Shown: in pieces, positions 25,283-36,613 of the stretch
Layout of the letters: every line of letters starts with the position of its first letter
Position numbering within the stretch: position 1 is the first letter of the stretch
Origin: Azolla caroliniana
Taxonomy: Eukaryota > Plantae > Polypodiophyta
NCBI GenBank assembly: GCA_043228905.1
Contig: JBHGNT010000001.1
Span: 13,640,001 to 13,704,000 of the forward strand
DNA: 64,000 nucleotides
Reading direction: 5' to 3'
Made by a program: the position numbers and the translations under genes
The notes under the pieces: generated by a model
Seen by the model: the letters and a program-made list of their open reading frames with translations, nothing else
Database searches by the model: none
What the model was told of the DNA's origin: nothing

Positions 25283-28200
25283 ATGACTAGACCAACGCAC
25301 GACTTGGTTACAGACCGAGCTCGACGCCTCGCCGAACGGCAAAGACGGCGTGAGACTTTCCAGCAAGCAGCGCAGGAAATTCGCTCGGATCGTTCGTTCT
25401 CCAACGAGATCCAGAGAGTCGCGGAGGAATCTCTCCGGTTACGGCAAACTCGCGACCAGGACGACGGAAGCAGTCTAAGTAGTCTCCGGGAAACCGAACG
25501 CCTCCTGGAGGCGCTGGCAAGCGGAGAAAACGAGGCAGAAGCCTTTTCAGCCTACGAATCGGATTCCGAAGGGGGATACAGTGTGCACACGAACTACCGG
25601 AGCAGCAACGATACCCCCGGCGGCCCGGAAGACGACGGGTCGGATACCGTGCCGACTCCAGAACCGGAACCGCTCAACCAGGGCTATCCGGAACCGCAAA
25701 CGGAAGCCGTCAACCCACCAACACCGGAAGTGGAAGAAGCAAAGCCACCAACACCAACGAAAGAGCCGGCAAAGGTACCGGAAGAAGAGCCGGAAAAAGA
25801 ACCGGAAAAAGGACCGGCAAAAGAACCGGAAGTGGAACCGGAGAAAGAACCGGAAAGATATCAACAAACGCCACTAAACCGCGGCCTAATACTGGACGAC
25901 GACATGCCGTTCCAATACTCAAAGTATCGCGATGATCCGGACGCGGAAGCGCATGTTGATGACTTCGAGCAGACATGGGAAGCAAATCACACGTCCCAGC
26001 GAATGACACCGGAGGAAGAAGAACGCTCGAAGATAGCGGAATTCGGAGTCACGTTGGAGGGACCAGCGACACGATGGCGGCGGTCGCAGGACCCGGCGAC
26101 CATCACAACATTTGCAGAATTAAAAGCAAAATTCTTGCATTTTTTCCACAAGGAGGTCGACCAGACGACAATGGTGGGCCTGTTTTATACGATCCGACAG
26201 GAGGCAGGGGAAAGCATTCCCCAATTCGTCATCCGTTTCCAACGAATGCATAGCCAGCTTGCCCGTGCACCCCCGGAGGAGGAATTACGGACGATATTTT
26301 TAAACGCACTCCGGGAACCGTTACGCACGGTGTGTACGGTAATCGACTTTCGAGGATGCACCATCGACCAGGTCATTGACCGGGTCAGAGAAATGGAAAA
26401 GACAAGCTCATGGCTTACGCTGGGAACACTGCAACGGGCGTTACCCACCGAGGAAGATCTCCGGTTCCGGCAGGCAATTCAATGCACAATCTGCTTGAAT
26501 GCCGGACACTCGGCAGTAGAGTGCACCATGCGCACTCAGTGTGTGATTTGTCAATCCAAGAGTCATACAACGGACCGGTGCGAGTACAACCTGTTAAATC
26601 GACAAGCACCACCCGTCCGACGGATCGAGCCAAGAAGCAGCCGAGACGAAGATGACGATCGTTGGCAAAGAATGAACCGGTACCCACCGGCACAGGATGT
26701 CCGGTACGGGGACAGGCAAGAGAATGATGGCCGGTACGGGAATCGGCGTGATAACTACGACCGGTATGAGCGATCGGACCGTTATCGGGAGCCCAACAGA
26801 CGACACGAGCAATACGACAGAGACCATTCCCCGGGTTACCGAAGGCACCAGGAGGACTACGGCCGATTTTACGATCTACCACGACCGGACTACCGAAATA
26901 AAAATAAGAATAATAAGAAACGTAATTTCAAGAAAGGTGGTCACACTAGGGACCCGGAACAGGGAACCCCAAGGAGCCAACCGGCACAGAACGCACCACT
27001 CACTACGGTACCGACTCCGGCGACCAGCAATGCTGAATCCAGCAATACCCGTAAAGAGTACTGCTACTACTGCAGGCAGGAAGGCCACTACAGTAACCAG
27101 TGCCCGGTAAAGAGCTACGAGAAACGACCAGCAGTTAATATGGTGGTTCCGGAAGTGGCGGATTTACAGCAAGTAACCACACGGTCGAAAGGCATGGCCA
27201 AAGAATGGGAAACACAAGAGGCCATACGGAAACAGGCGACGGAATGGGTGAAGGAAGCCAATGAAAGGAACGTCGCGGACGCGGAACGGCAAAAGGCGAA
27301 TACCATAGGGAGTGCCGGCGGTAGCCACCCAGAAAACGAGACATGGCAAGCACTACAAGAATGTCAGATCACGTTATTATTAGGAAGACTCTTGCAGCTC
27401 GTGCCGCGATTCACAGAAGGACTAAAAACGGTCATGACAGACGGTATAGCTCCACCGGCACCAGTCCTTTTCTCGAATCCGGAGGAGGGACCGACGGTGG
27501 TGGACACTAGTAGTCCAGCGATTACAGCTATTGTCAAAGGGCACGAACTTCCCGGCACCGTAATCGATGGAGGTTCCGGGGTGAACGTAATAAGCCTCCG
27601 TACGTGTGATGCCTTGGGTATACATGAATGGGAGCCATGCCCGTTCTGGCTACGGATGGCGGATACGAGTTCGGTACGGCCGACGGGCTTAATACGGAAA
27701 TTGGAAGTCACCATAGGAGGTCACACATTTCACATCTCGGCTGTAGTGCTGCAGCTACAGGCGCAAGGCGCGTACCCTCTGTTGCTGGGCAGACCATGGT
27801 TGAAAACAACACACATCAAGCAAAATTGGCGAAAAAATATGATTACCTTCCGGCGCGGAAAAGCCAAGGTCCGGGTACCGACACAACCACGGACGAGCAA
27901 CGGTAAGGAATGCACACCGCTGTATGCGGAATGTGTGAACATGCTTGAAGGATTGGCAGACGACAAAGAAGCCCAGTACTTGGAGGAACATCCGAAGATC
28001 GTACCACTCTTCGAGATTGACATAGCTGAAGCCGTAGCCGCATACTTGCCGCAGCGGGACGACACCGAAGCCGAACCAGACAAAGATGCGATTCAGGAAT
28101 TACGGCAAGCACAGGAAGCGTTGGAACAGGAAATGGCCGTTTCCCAACGGGTAAAAGCATCCCAGCTCGACGAAGTGAACCTAGGAAGCAAGGACGAATC

Positions 28201-30778
28201 AAAGCCAGTACACATCGCCAAAGAAATGAAGCCGGAAGATAAAGCGGCGATGATCAAACTTCTCACGGAGTTTCGCGACGTATTCGCCTGGTCATACGAA
28301 GACATGCGAGGGCTGGAGACGACAGCGTTCGTCACCGAATGGGGGGTGTTTGTGGCCGAAGTCATGATGTTCGGCCTAAAAACAGCACCAACAACTTTCC
28401 AGCGAATCATCATGGAGATCTTCGGCGAAAACATTCCTGCCTTCATGCAAGTTTTCCTGGATGATTTTGCAGTCTATAGCCGGGGAAAAGACCATTTGCA
28501 GCACCTACGGTTATGCCTTGAAAAGTGTAGGTTATACCGGCTAAGCTTAAACCCAGCAAAATGCATCTTTGGGGTTTCAAGTGGAATATTGCTGGGACAC
28601 ATTGTAAGTAAGGAGGGCATTGCGGTCGACCCGGACAAAGTAAACGCCATACTAGGGGCACCGGCGCCGAAAACGGCCAAAGCACTAAGCCGATTCTTAG
28701 GACAGATCCGGTGGCACAGCCGGATGCTCCGTCACTTGGCTGACTTGGCTACACCATTACACACCGCGGTACATCGGACACCGTTCCAATGGACGGATAC
28801 GGAGGATAAGGCATACAATGCCCTGAAGGTACTTTTATCGCAAGCACCCGTCGTGCAGCCTCCGGATTGGAGCAAGGAATTTCATGTGTTCGTGGACGCT
28901 TCCGACATCGCTATTGGCAGCGCCTTAATGCAACTTACGGAGCCTAAATGGTACCGGCCGGTATATTACGCCAGCCGGAAGCTGTCCCAAGCGGAGAAGA
29001 ACTATTCAACGACGGAACGGGAGGCCCTGGGCATGATCTACAGTGTAACAAAGTTTCGTCACTACCTATTGGGAAGGAAGTTCTCCTTCCATGTGGATCA
29101 CTCGGCGCTCCTCTACTTAGTTTCCAAGGCGTCCTTGACCGGTAAGTTGGCCCGTTGGACCTTGCTGTTGCAGGAGTTCGAATTCGAGATTTTCCACCGG
29201 CCCGGTATCCAGCATGCCGTAGCAGACTATCTAAGCCGGTTAGAGTCCGGAGAACCAGGCGACGGAGTAGCGGATGAATTCCCGGACGCGGAGTTATTCC
29301 GTATCACCCCGGAAACGGCAGCGGACGACACGGTGGCATCAGAAGATAAATGGCTGACAAACATGCACCAGTTCCTAAGCACGGGCCTGCCACCGGAAGA
29401 AATGAACCGGGACGAGAGGAAACGACTAGCGGTGCAGAGCCGCAATTTCTGTCTGTTACGGGACACTCTCTACCACAAAGGAGCAGATGGAATATGGAGA
29501 CGGGCAGTCCGTAGTGACGAGAAAGAAGTAATCTTACGGGAAGCACACTGTGGGGTTGCCGGAGGACACTATGCCGGGGAAGCGATGGCGAGGAAAGTAT
29601 GGTAGAGCGGCTTATGGTGGCCCACGACGTTAAAAGACGCCGTCAAGTATGCTAAGGAATGTGACCTATGCCAACGAATGGGCCAGCCTACGGAGCAAGC
29701 ACGGATGCCACACCAACCGGTACTTCCACTAGAGCCATTCCAGAAGTGGGGGTTGGATTTTGTCGGACCGTTCAAGCCACCGGCAATGAGAACAGGTAAT
29801 CGATATGTCATCGTGGCAACGGATTATTGCACGAAATGGGTGGAAGCTAAGGCCCTGAGAGACAACACCGCGTCATCCACAGCAAAATTCCTGTACGAAA
29901 ACATTTGGTGCCGGTATGGATGTCCGATTGAATTAATCAGCGACCAAGGAGGCCACTTCCTTGGCCAGGTAGTGGAAAGCTTAACAACGTTCTATGCCGT
30001 GGTCCATAAACGAAGCACACCGTACTACCCACAGGCGAACGGATTAGCAGAGTCCACCAACAAAACGCTGCAGAACATTCTCCGCAAAATTGTCAATGAA
30101 AACCGGACGGACTGGGACACAAAGCTCCATAGTGCGCTATGGGCGTACAGAACGGCATACAAAACAAGTATCCGGACAACGCCGTTCCGGTTAGCATTCG
30201 GCTTAGAAGCGGTCATGCCGGTGGAATTTCAGGTACCAAGCTTACGGATCCAACTACGGGAACGGCTGAATGAAAAGAAGTCGGAGGAAATACGGCTAGC
30301 AGCACTATGCGAACTGGAGGAGCAACGGCTGGCCAGCATCCTCCACATGGAACTGGAGCAACGACGACGGAAAGCGTTCGTTGACCGTCACCGGAAAGGT
30401 AACGAAAAGATGTTCGAAATCGGAAAGCCGGTTCTAGTATTCCAAACGAGGATGGGCAAAATGCCGGGTAAACTCCGGTTCAGATGGACAGGCCCGTATT
30501 GGCTGACAAGGGAATACAACGGGTCCTATCAGATAGGGACACTTGCCGGTGAAGTACTAGGCAAGTGGGTGAATGGATTTCGACTAAAGCCCTATAAAGG
30601 ACCGATGCCAAAGAACCCGTTTATGCAGCTCATCGGCACTACACCAGGAACCTGTTCGGGATCGGTACGGATCGATCCGGAAGAAAAAGACGACGGGGAA
30701 CCCGTAGCAGAGACGAAGGAAGACACGGCAACCCGTAAGGAAAACGGTCAGGGTCCGAAGGGACCTACGGATGTGTAA
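25283..30778 (+). pseudogene. gag-pol polyprotein with an in-frame RT deletion and one nonsense codon at 29603
   Basis: Three CCHC knuckles, protease IDGGSGVN, RT VFLDD, RNase H DASD..EREAL, integrase HCG..GH..C..C, WGLDFVGP, YYPQANGLAE. Confidence 0.95.
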
Positions 30779-30795
30779 GGTCACACACCGTCATT

Positions 30796-30842
<47 letters not shown>

Positions 30843-31165
30843 TAAAAATCGAGGTATGAACGGGTGTGAAAGCAAGGCGCGAAAAGGTACGTAGTGGGCA
30901 TTTAAGAGACGCCACGCTACTTAATACTAAATTGGTACACGACGTGTGCATGCTCGAAAAAGGCGCCAAAACGCACAAAGAAGAAGCAGAACGCATGGAG
31001 ACCTTTTCATTTCGCGAGCCAAGAAGCACAGAAGCACCAAGATAGTGGAAGCTGAGCAAACGCGAACCTGCACGCAGAGAACCCCCGCGCTCAGAACGCT
31101 CTCTCTCTCGCTCTCACTCTCATCACCACTCTACCTCGCCATCTTCCCTCGACCTTGAAGCAGAC

Positions 31166-33817
31166 ATGGAACCACAAACGCTGTCGGAAGCGGCCAGGAA
31201 ATGGTTCAGGCAAAACGGACTGGAGGGGTTCTTGGCCATCATGGAGGCACCGCCGCACAGAGAAGCCGACCGGGTCATCAAGGAGCTCGCCACAGAGGTC
31301 ATCACCGAGGAAGCGATCCGCGCGCTAACAGGCCTTCCGGAGGGAGGAATCTTTCAGATCGATAACCCAACCTCGGAGCAACTCATCCGATATTTCGGTG
31401 AGTACTCTGTTGCCGGCAAAGGCTATCGGACGCAGGGCGGCGAAGATCCGCTATTCAGGGAGATAGCTCGAGTGCTCCATGAGTACGGTCACGTGTACCC
31501 CCGACCCCCTGTCATGCCAAAAAATCGGGCAGGGATGATCATAGCCACCTATGAAGGGATCAAGGTGGACTGGCCGGTGTTGATTGCAGACGGGTTGTGC
31601 ATGGCAATCGACATGATACGAGGGAAGGACGGCAAGGAGGGCCGGAAGCTGTGGCACGCCGTAGCTCAATGGATAACATTGCTCGTGCCGCCGGTCGAGA
31701 CCGTTCAGCCAAAGAAGCGGCCAAGAGTATCGGAAGGAAGCACCTCGAAGCCGGCGTCCAAACGACAGCAGCTGCTGGCGTCGAAGGCGACGAAAGGGAA
31801 GAAACGGGTCCCAGAACCGGAGGAGGTGTCACTGGTCCGACCCGTCAAGATAACCTTACGGAGACCGGGACAGAAGGAACCGGAACCCTTGACGGCACAG
31901 ACACATGTCGTGGCACAGGAAGAGGAAACGGAGGAGCCAGAAGAGCACTTCCAACGACGGTCAAGAAGTAGGACCGCCGAGACAGGAGGGGAGCGGTCGT
32001 ACCCGCGAGAGGCAGAAACGCCCCCAACTCAACCTGAGCAAACCACAAGGGAAGAACCGGAACCGGTGCGTAGGGAACCGGTCTTGTCGACTTCTATAGA
32101 AGAAGTCAGTCCAACGGCTCCGGAGACGGCGAGAACCGGAACTCAACAGCCGGCGAGCCCAGCCAGAGCACACGGCGGCCAAGGAGTAGAACCAGAACGG
32201 CATATGCAGGCACTCAGGCCAGACAAGTCCACAGTGAATGAGCCGACCCGACCAGTACAGCAACAAGGCACCAGTAGCATGTGGCTACGGTGGGTAGGCG
32301 AGCAAATCGCCGGAGCGGTCGAGTATATAGAGGCGGAAGAGAGAGCGCACCAGGAACGGTTGCTCGTCACAACCGTAGATCTAGAGACGGCCCGGTCCAG
32401 AATCCGGAGCCTTGAACAAGACTTGGACAGGGTCACAAGGGAAATGGCTCAATTCGCTTTGACAACACAAGTCCAAGCACCGGTGACTCCGGGCAATGTA
32501 CAGAATAAAGTGTCAAATCAACCTGTACATAGCAATCAGACCCCGGCAACGGAAACCGTTCCGGAGAGAAATGCGGCACAAGCCCAAGAGCTTGCGGATT
32601 TAAAGGATGAGCTAGCTGCCCAAGAAGCGCTGAGGAGCCGCGAAAGAGAATTGAAGACGGCAGCGGAGGCAGAACTCAAAAAGACTGCTGAGAATCTACG
32701 CCGGGCCGAGGAGAGCTTACGGAAAGGCCACCAAGCGTACGACCGGCTCAAGGAGGAGAAGGAGAAAATGCTGCAAGAGAAGGAGAGGCTCCGGAGGAAC
32801 GCCGAAACAGAAGTAGAGCGCCTGAAAGAGGAACTCCGGCAGGTAAAGGACCGGGAGGACCGGAACCATCGCCAGATCAACGGCAAGCTCAAACAAAAAA
32901 CGGAGGAATTTGAGCAATTGCACCGGGAGTATAAACGGTTGCAAACGGAGCACAAGGAACGGACGGATGAGCTCCGGCAAGCAGTTGATCGGACCGCAAC
33001 CGCATTCGCCAAGGAACAAGCGGAAAACAGAAGACGGTTGGAAGAGGCGGAGAAGGTTCGGACAGAGCTCCTCAGGCAACAGCAGGCGGAAAAAGAAAGA
33101 GCGGCGGAGGTACTGCAGAGGTTGCAAACGACATATCAAGGGCAGCTGACGCGCTACAGAGAGCAGGCGGAGGATACGGCAAACCTCATCAAGCAGTTGA
33201 AGGAGGAGCGACAAGTGGTGGAAAGCAGAGCGCAAATGGGAGCAAGTCGCATCCAGGATATAATGCGGGCCTGGTTGAACCAGACCAAGAGCTTGATTGA
33301 CAACGGTTCCGTCAAATGGTGGACCAAGTGGGCCACGAACGCGGCGGAACTCCAACTGCTCCGGGCCGACGTAGAGAACCGGCGGAAGGAGGGAGATGAT
33401 TGCTATATGCTGAATTCTGAAGATTTCACCGGCATAAGAGATGAGCTGGCCGAAGACTTTCAAGCCTTGGCAGAGGACCAACTAGAGCAAGTCCGGCAAC
33501 TTGTAGCTCAGCTGGACGACGACAGGCTGGAGGCGCAGATCCAGTTTGAAAGCTACGAGAGGTCCCGGATCCGGGGAGAGAAAGAACGAGAACCAGTTAC
33601 GGTCAACCTCAGTGATGAGGAACCCTTACTGGAAGGAGACCGGACCGGAAGCAGTCAAACGGAGATGCCGGAGCCAGAGAGACAAACGGAGCAGCCGGAG
33701 TCAGCGAAACAAACGGAGCAGCAGCAGCAAGCAGAGCAGCCGGAGCAGCCTCAGTCCCAACCGCAACCACAGCAGCAGCAGCCTCAGTCCCATCGTGGTC
33801 GCCAAAATGTGTTATAG
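31166..33817 (+). CDS. Extra 3' sense ORF of the gypsy element: globular N-terminal domain and long coiled coil, 883 aa
   Basis: Uninterrupted 2.65-kb ORF; N-terminus homologous to the degraded ORF at about 48367-50470; E/Q/K/R heptad-rich central and C-terminal part. Confidence 0.85.
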   Translation: MEPQTLSEAARKWFRQNGLEGFLAIMEAPPHREADRVIKELATEVITEEAIRALTGLPEGGIFQIDNPTSEQLIRYFGEYSVAGKGYRTQGGEDPLFREIARVLHEYGHVYPRPPVMPKNRAGMIIATYEGIKVDWPVLIADGLCMAIDMIRGKDGKEGRKLWHAVAQWITLLVPPVETVQPKKRPRVSEGSTSKPASKRQQLLASKATKGKKRVPEPEEVSLVRPVKITLRRPGQKEPEPLTAQTHVVAQEEETEEPEEHFQRRSRSRTAETGGERSYPREAETPPTQPEQTTREEPEPVRREPVLSTSIEEVSPTAPETARTGTQQPASPARAHGGQGVEPERHMQALRPDKSTVNEPTRPVQQQGTSSMWLRWVGEQIAGAVEYIEAEERAHQERLLVTTVDLETARSRIRSLEQDLDRVTREMAQFALTTQVQAPVTPGNVQNKVSNQPVHSNQTPATETVPERNAAQAQELADLKDELAAQEALRSRERELKTAAEAELKKTAENLRRAEESLRKGHQAYDRLKEEKEKMLQEKERLRRNAETEVERLKEELRQVKDREDRNHRQINGKLKQKTEEFEQLHREYKRLQTEHKERTDELRQAVDRTATAFAKEQAENRRRLEEAEKVRTELLRQQQAEKERAAEVLQRLQTTYQGQLTRYREQAEDTANLIKQLKEERQVVESRAQMGASRIQDIMRAWLNQTKSLIDNGSVKWWTKWATNAAELQLLRADVENRRKEGDDCYMLNSEDFTGIRDELAEDFQALAEDQLEQVRQLVAQLDDDRLEAQIQFESYERSRIRGEKEREPVTVNLSDEEPLLEGDRTGSSQTEMPEPERQTEQPESAKQTEQQQQAEQPEQPQSQPQPQQQQPQSHRGRQNVL

Positions 33818-34312
33818 GTTTTAGGGTTAGGGTTAAGGATGATGAATGATAAAGATAGACATGGTGGTCATGATGAGGATGATGAAGAGCATGATGATGA
33901 GAGATCGTATAGAGAAGCATAGAGAAGCATTGCGGGGTGGGGGGTGGTGCCTAGAATGGCTCCACCCCCCTCCCAAGGGGGTTCAACGTTGAGGGGGAGA
34001 GAGAGAGAAAGTGGGATGACAAGAGAGAGATTAGGAGAGAAAAATGGTTCATCCTTCATTCATTCCCCATAAGGGGTTAAACAGTACAAGAGGGGGTAGT
34101 TACAAAGGGGTGTAAGCTCCATAGAGCATTCATACTGGACACTCACTCACACCTCATCGTATCCCTCCACATGCACACACGTGTGCATGTGTTCACATAC
34201 ATATCAACTCACAATTACATTTATGTTCCCTACACATATACAACATCATCATGATAATATTCGACCCTCGCTCATCACACTTGACTCTCCGTACAACTCG
34301 TACGGGGTAACA
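33810..34312 (-). mobile_element. LTR B (503 bp), inverted and unrelated to LTR A apart from the termini
   Basis: Minus strand reads TGTTACCCCG...CTATAACA, then cattt and TGGCGACCACGATGGGAC. Confidence 0.85.
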
Positions 34313-35186
34313 CCCATTAATGGTGATCAATCCAAAAGGGGCCGTGAATGTCTCAAGCCGGACTCGGCCGACTGGGGCATATGTCTCAAGTTGGACTTGA
34401 TTGGTTGATGATGGTCGGCTACATCCCTAAACTCCGAGCAAAGACGCATTTCTGTGAGCATTGTCGATATGGGAAACATACCCGAAGTTCGCACGCTTTC
34501 CACTATGAGACGGTATGACAATCCTTAGGGCTCGTGCACATAGATATATGTGTGTCTATGCTAGAGTGATCACTAGGAGGCTATCAGTACTTCATCACCT
34601 TTGTAGATGACTGTACACGGAAGGTCTGGGCCTACTTCATTTGGTCCAAAGACGAAGTGCTCGAGGTGTTCACTCGATGGACAATTGAAGTGGAGAACTG
34701 GTCAGGATACAGGGTGAAGACACTCACCTCCGACAACGGAGGAGAATATACCTCTGGAGCCATCAAACAGGACCTGTCTGACAAAGGGATCCGGCACCAA
34801 AAGACCGTTCCTTACACACCCATGCAGAATAGAGTGGTAGAACAGATCAATCGAATGATCCAGGGGAGGGTGACGACAATGGTCCAACAAGTTGGACTAA
34901 CGCTGGAGTTTTGGGCCGAAGCGTTGTAGACGGTAGTAGGCCTAGTAAATCTTTCGTCGTCGAAAGCAATCAAGCTTGAGGTGCCATAGGCACTATGGTC
35001 AGGCAAACAACCGACCTACGATAGGTTTCGTGTATTTGGATGCAAAGCCTATGCGGTCATCCCCAAGGAGAAAAGGACCAAGTTGGCACCCCATGCAACA
35101 AAATGCATATTTCTTGGTTATGGAACCGATGCGAACTTCGGCTACCGGTTATGGGATCCAAAGAACCTTAAGGACATTTGTAGGTA
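34313..35186 (+). pseudogene. Copia integrase fragment (right part), paralog of 939-1835
   Basis: TSDNGGEY..EFWAEAL; colinear with 939-1797. Confidence 0.9.
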
Positions 35187-36613
35187 TGTTGTCTAGAGGC
35201 CAGAAATATAAATACATTATGTAAACTCACCGGTAGGTAGAATAGTAGGTGAGGAAATAGGTAAAACTAGAAATAGTCGAGTTTTTAGCCCTCACAATTA
35301 GCCGATGGCTCGGCTCTGTCTGAAGAGGAAAACTATATAACCCGAGATATGCATACCTCAAGTGGGGAGATCTAGATCATTTTTAGCGAGATTAATATCG
35401 TAGCACCGAGCTCTACATGAATTGTTTGCGGCCGAGAGCCGTGTACTGTAATCACTGTGAGCTTTATCATTTAATATAAGTTCCGCTCTTACTATTCTAG
35501 TATCTGTGTATTCTTCCCGTACTTGTAAACCGAGCTACGTTTATGCCTAACGGGTTGTAGCCCGTGTACACTCCTTGTTCTTTTATCGTCTTCTCAATGT
35601 AGAAGTGGCTTCTACGTAACACGATCCCTTGATATCGATAGCCTGTGAGCTCATCAAAGGTGTTTCCCCCAAAAACGGTTAACACAATTTGGCATGCCCG
35701 GTTACAGCGGTAAGGTCACAGTGAACAACATAGGAGGCAAACCCCAGCCGCCGTTACGGCGCCTAGTTGCATCACACGGTCTCGGCCACCTGCTCGACGC
35801 CCTGAGGCAGTCAAGGGAACTTTCGACTCGGCGGTCACTGACCAATCTTTCCAGGAAGCATTGAAGGCTCACCGGTTGCAATCATCGCCACCCGATAACC
35901 AGTCGCGAGTTGATTCCGAACCGAACTCCCCGCCGAGCCCTCCAAATGTCACCCAACCTGACCCTACACCTTTTCCGGCTTTACCTGAAGTCCCGGATCT
36001 CGATACCATGCCTTACCCTTACCCATGATATACCTGCCAAGTTCGGAAGCGCGAAGTACTCCGGTTATTCTTTTCCATGAGCCAAGAACCTCACGAGACG
36101 GTCGCCCAGTTCACGATCCGGTTTTAGGATCTCTACCGACAACTGCCCGACAATGTCTCCGCCCATCACATTCTTGATACGTTCATGTCTAGCCTATGAG
36201 AGCCTCTACGGACGACTCTCGCACTTCATCGCACACGTCCTCTCCATCGATCGGACACAGCATAACACGGTTTTCTCCATGGGCTCTTTGCAAAGCTCCC
36301 TTAGGAGGGCAATCGTTTCCGGCAAGCCCTCCAATGCACAACCTACTCAGGCTTAGGCCATCTTGCTCTCGAGTGCCCTCACCGGCCACACTGTCCAATA
36401 TGTTAATCTCGAGCTCACACGATCGAACAATGTGAGTACAACCAACTCAACCGCACAACGACGACTCCGGTTCGCCAGATTGAGCCGTGCAATACATACT
36501 CCCGGTAGGATGAACGTCAGACATACCGACATCGGGGAAACCAGTGACAACAATCCCTGGATCGCTAGCGCCGCGACGACGACTACTGTCGCAACGACGA
36601 TCGTTACCACCAC

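Larger units (their letters stand above)
24813..34312 (+). mobile_element. Non-chromoviral Ty3/gypsy (Phygy-like) insertion with two different, inverted LTRs and two PBSs
   Basis: TSD cccat (24808-24812 and 34313-34317); empty site at 939-943; left LTR 24813-25231 with PBS 25238-25250; right LTR 33810-34312 (minus) with PBS 33787-33804 (minus). Confidence 0.9.

Noticed and set aside
29603-29605. Programmed readthrough stop before the integrase core
   Set aside because: The paralog has KIWQSGLWW at about 48145-48170, so the TAG is a CAG to TAG mutation
32536-33481. Antisense ORFs of 158 and 254 aa
   Set aside because: Shadow frames of the GC-rich coiled-coil ORF
33818-33838. ttttagggttagggttaagg as a telomere
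   Set aside because: Only 2-3 degenerate units inside LTR B; at most a telo-box
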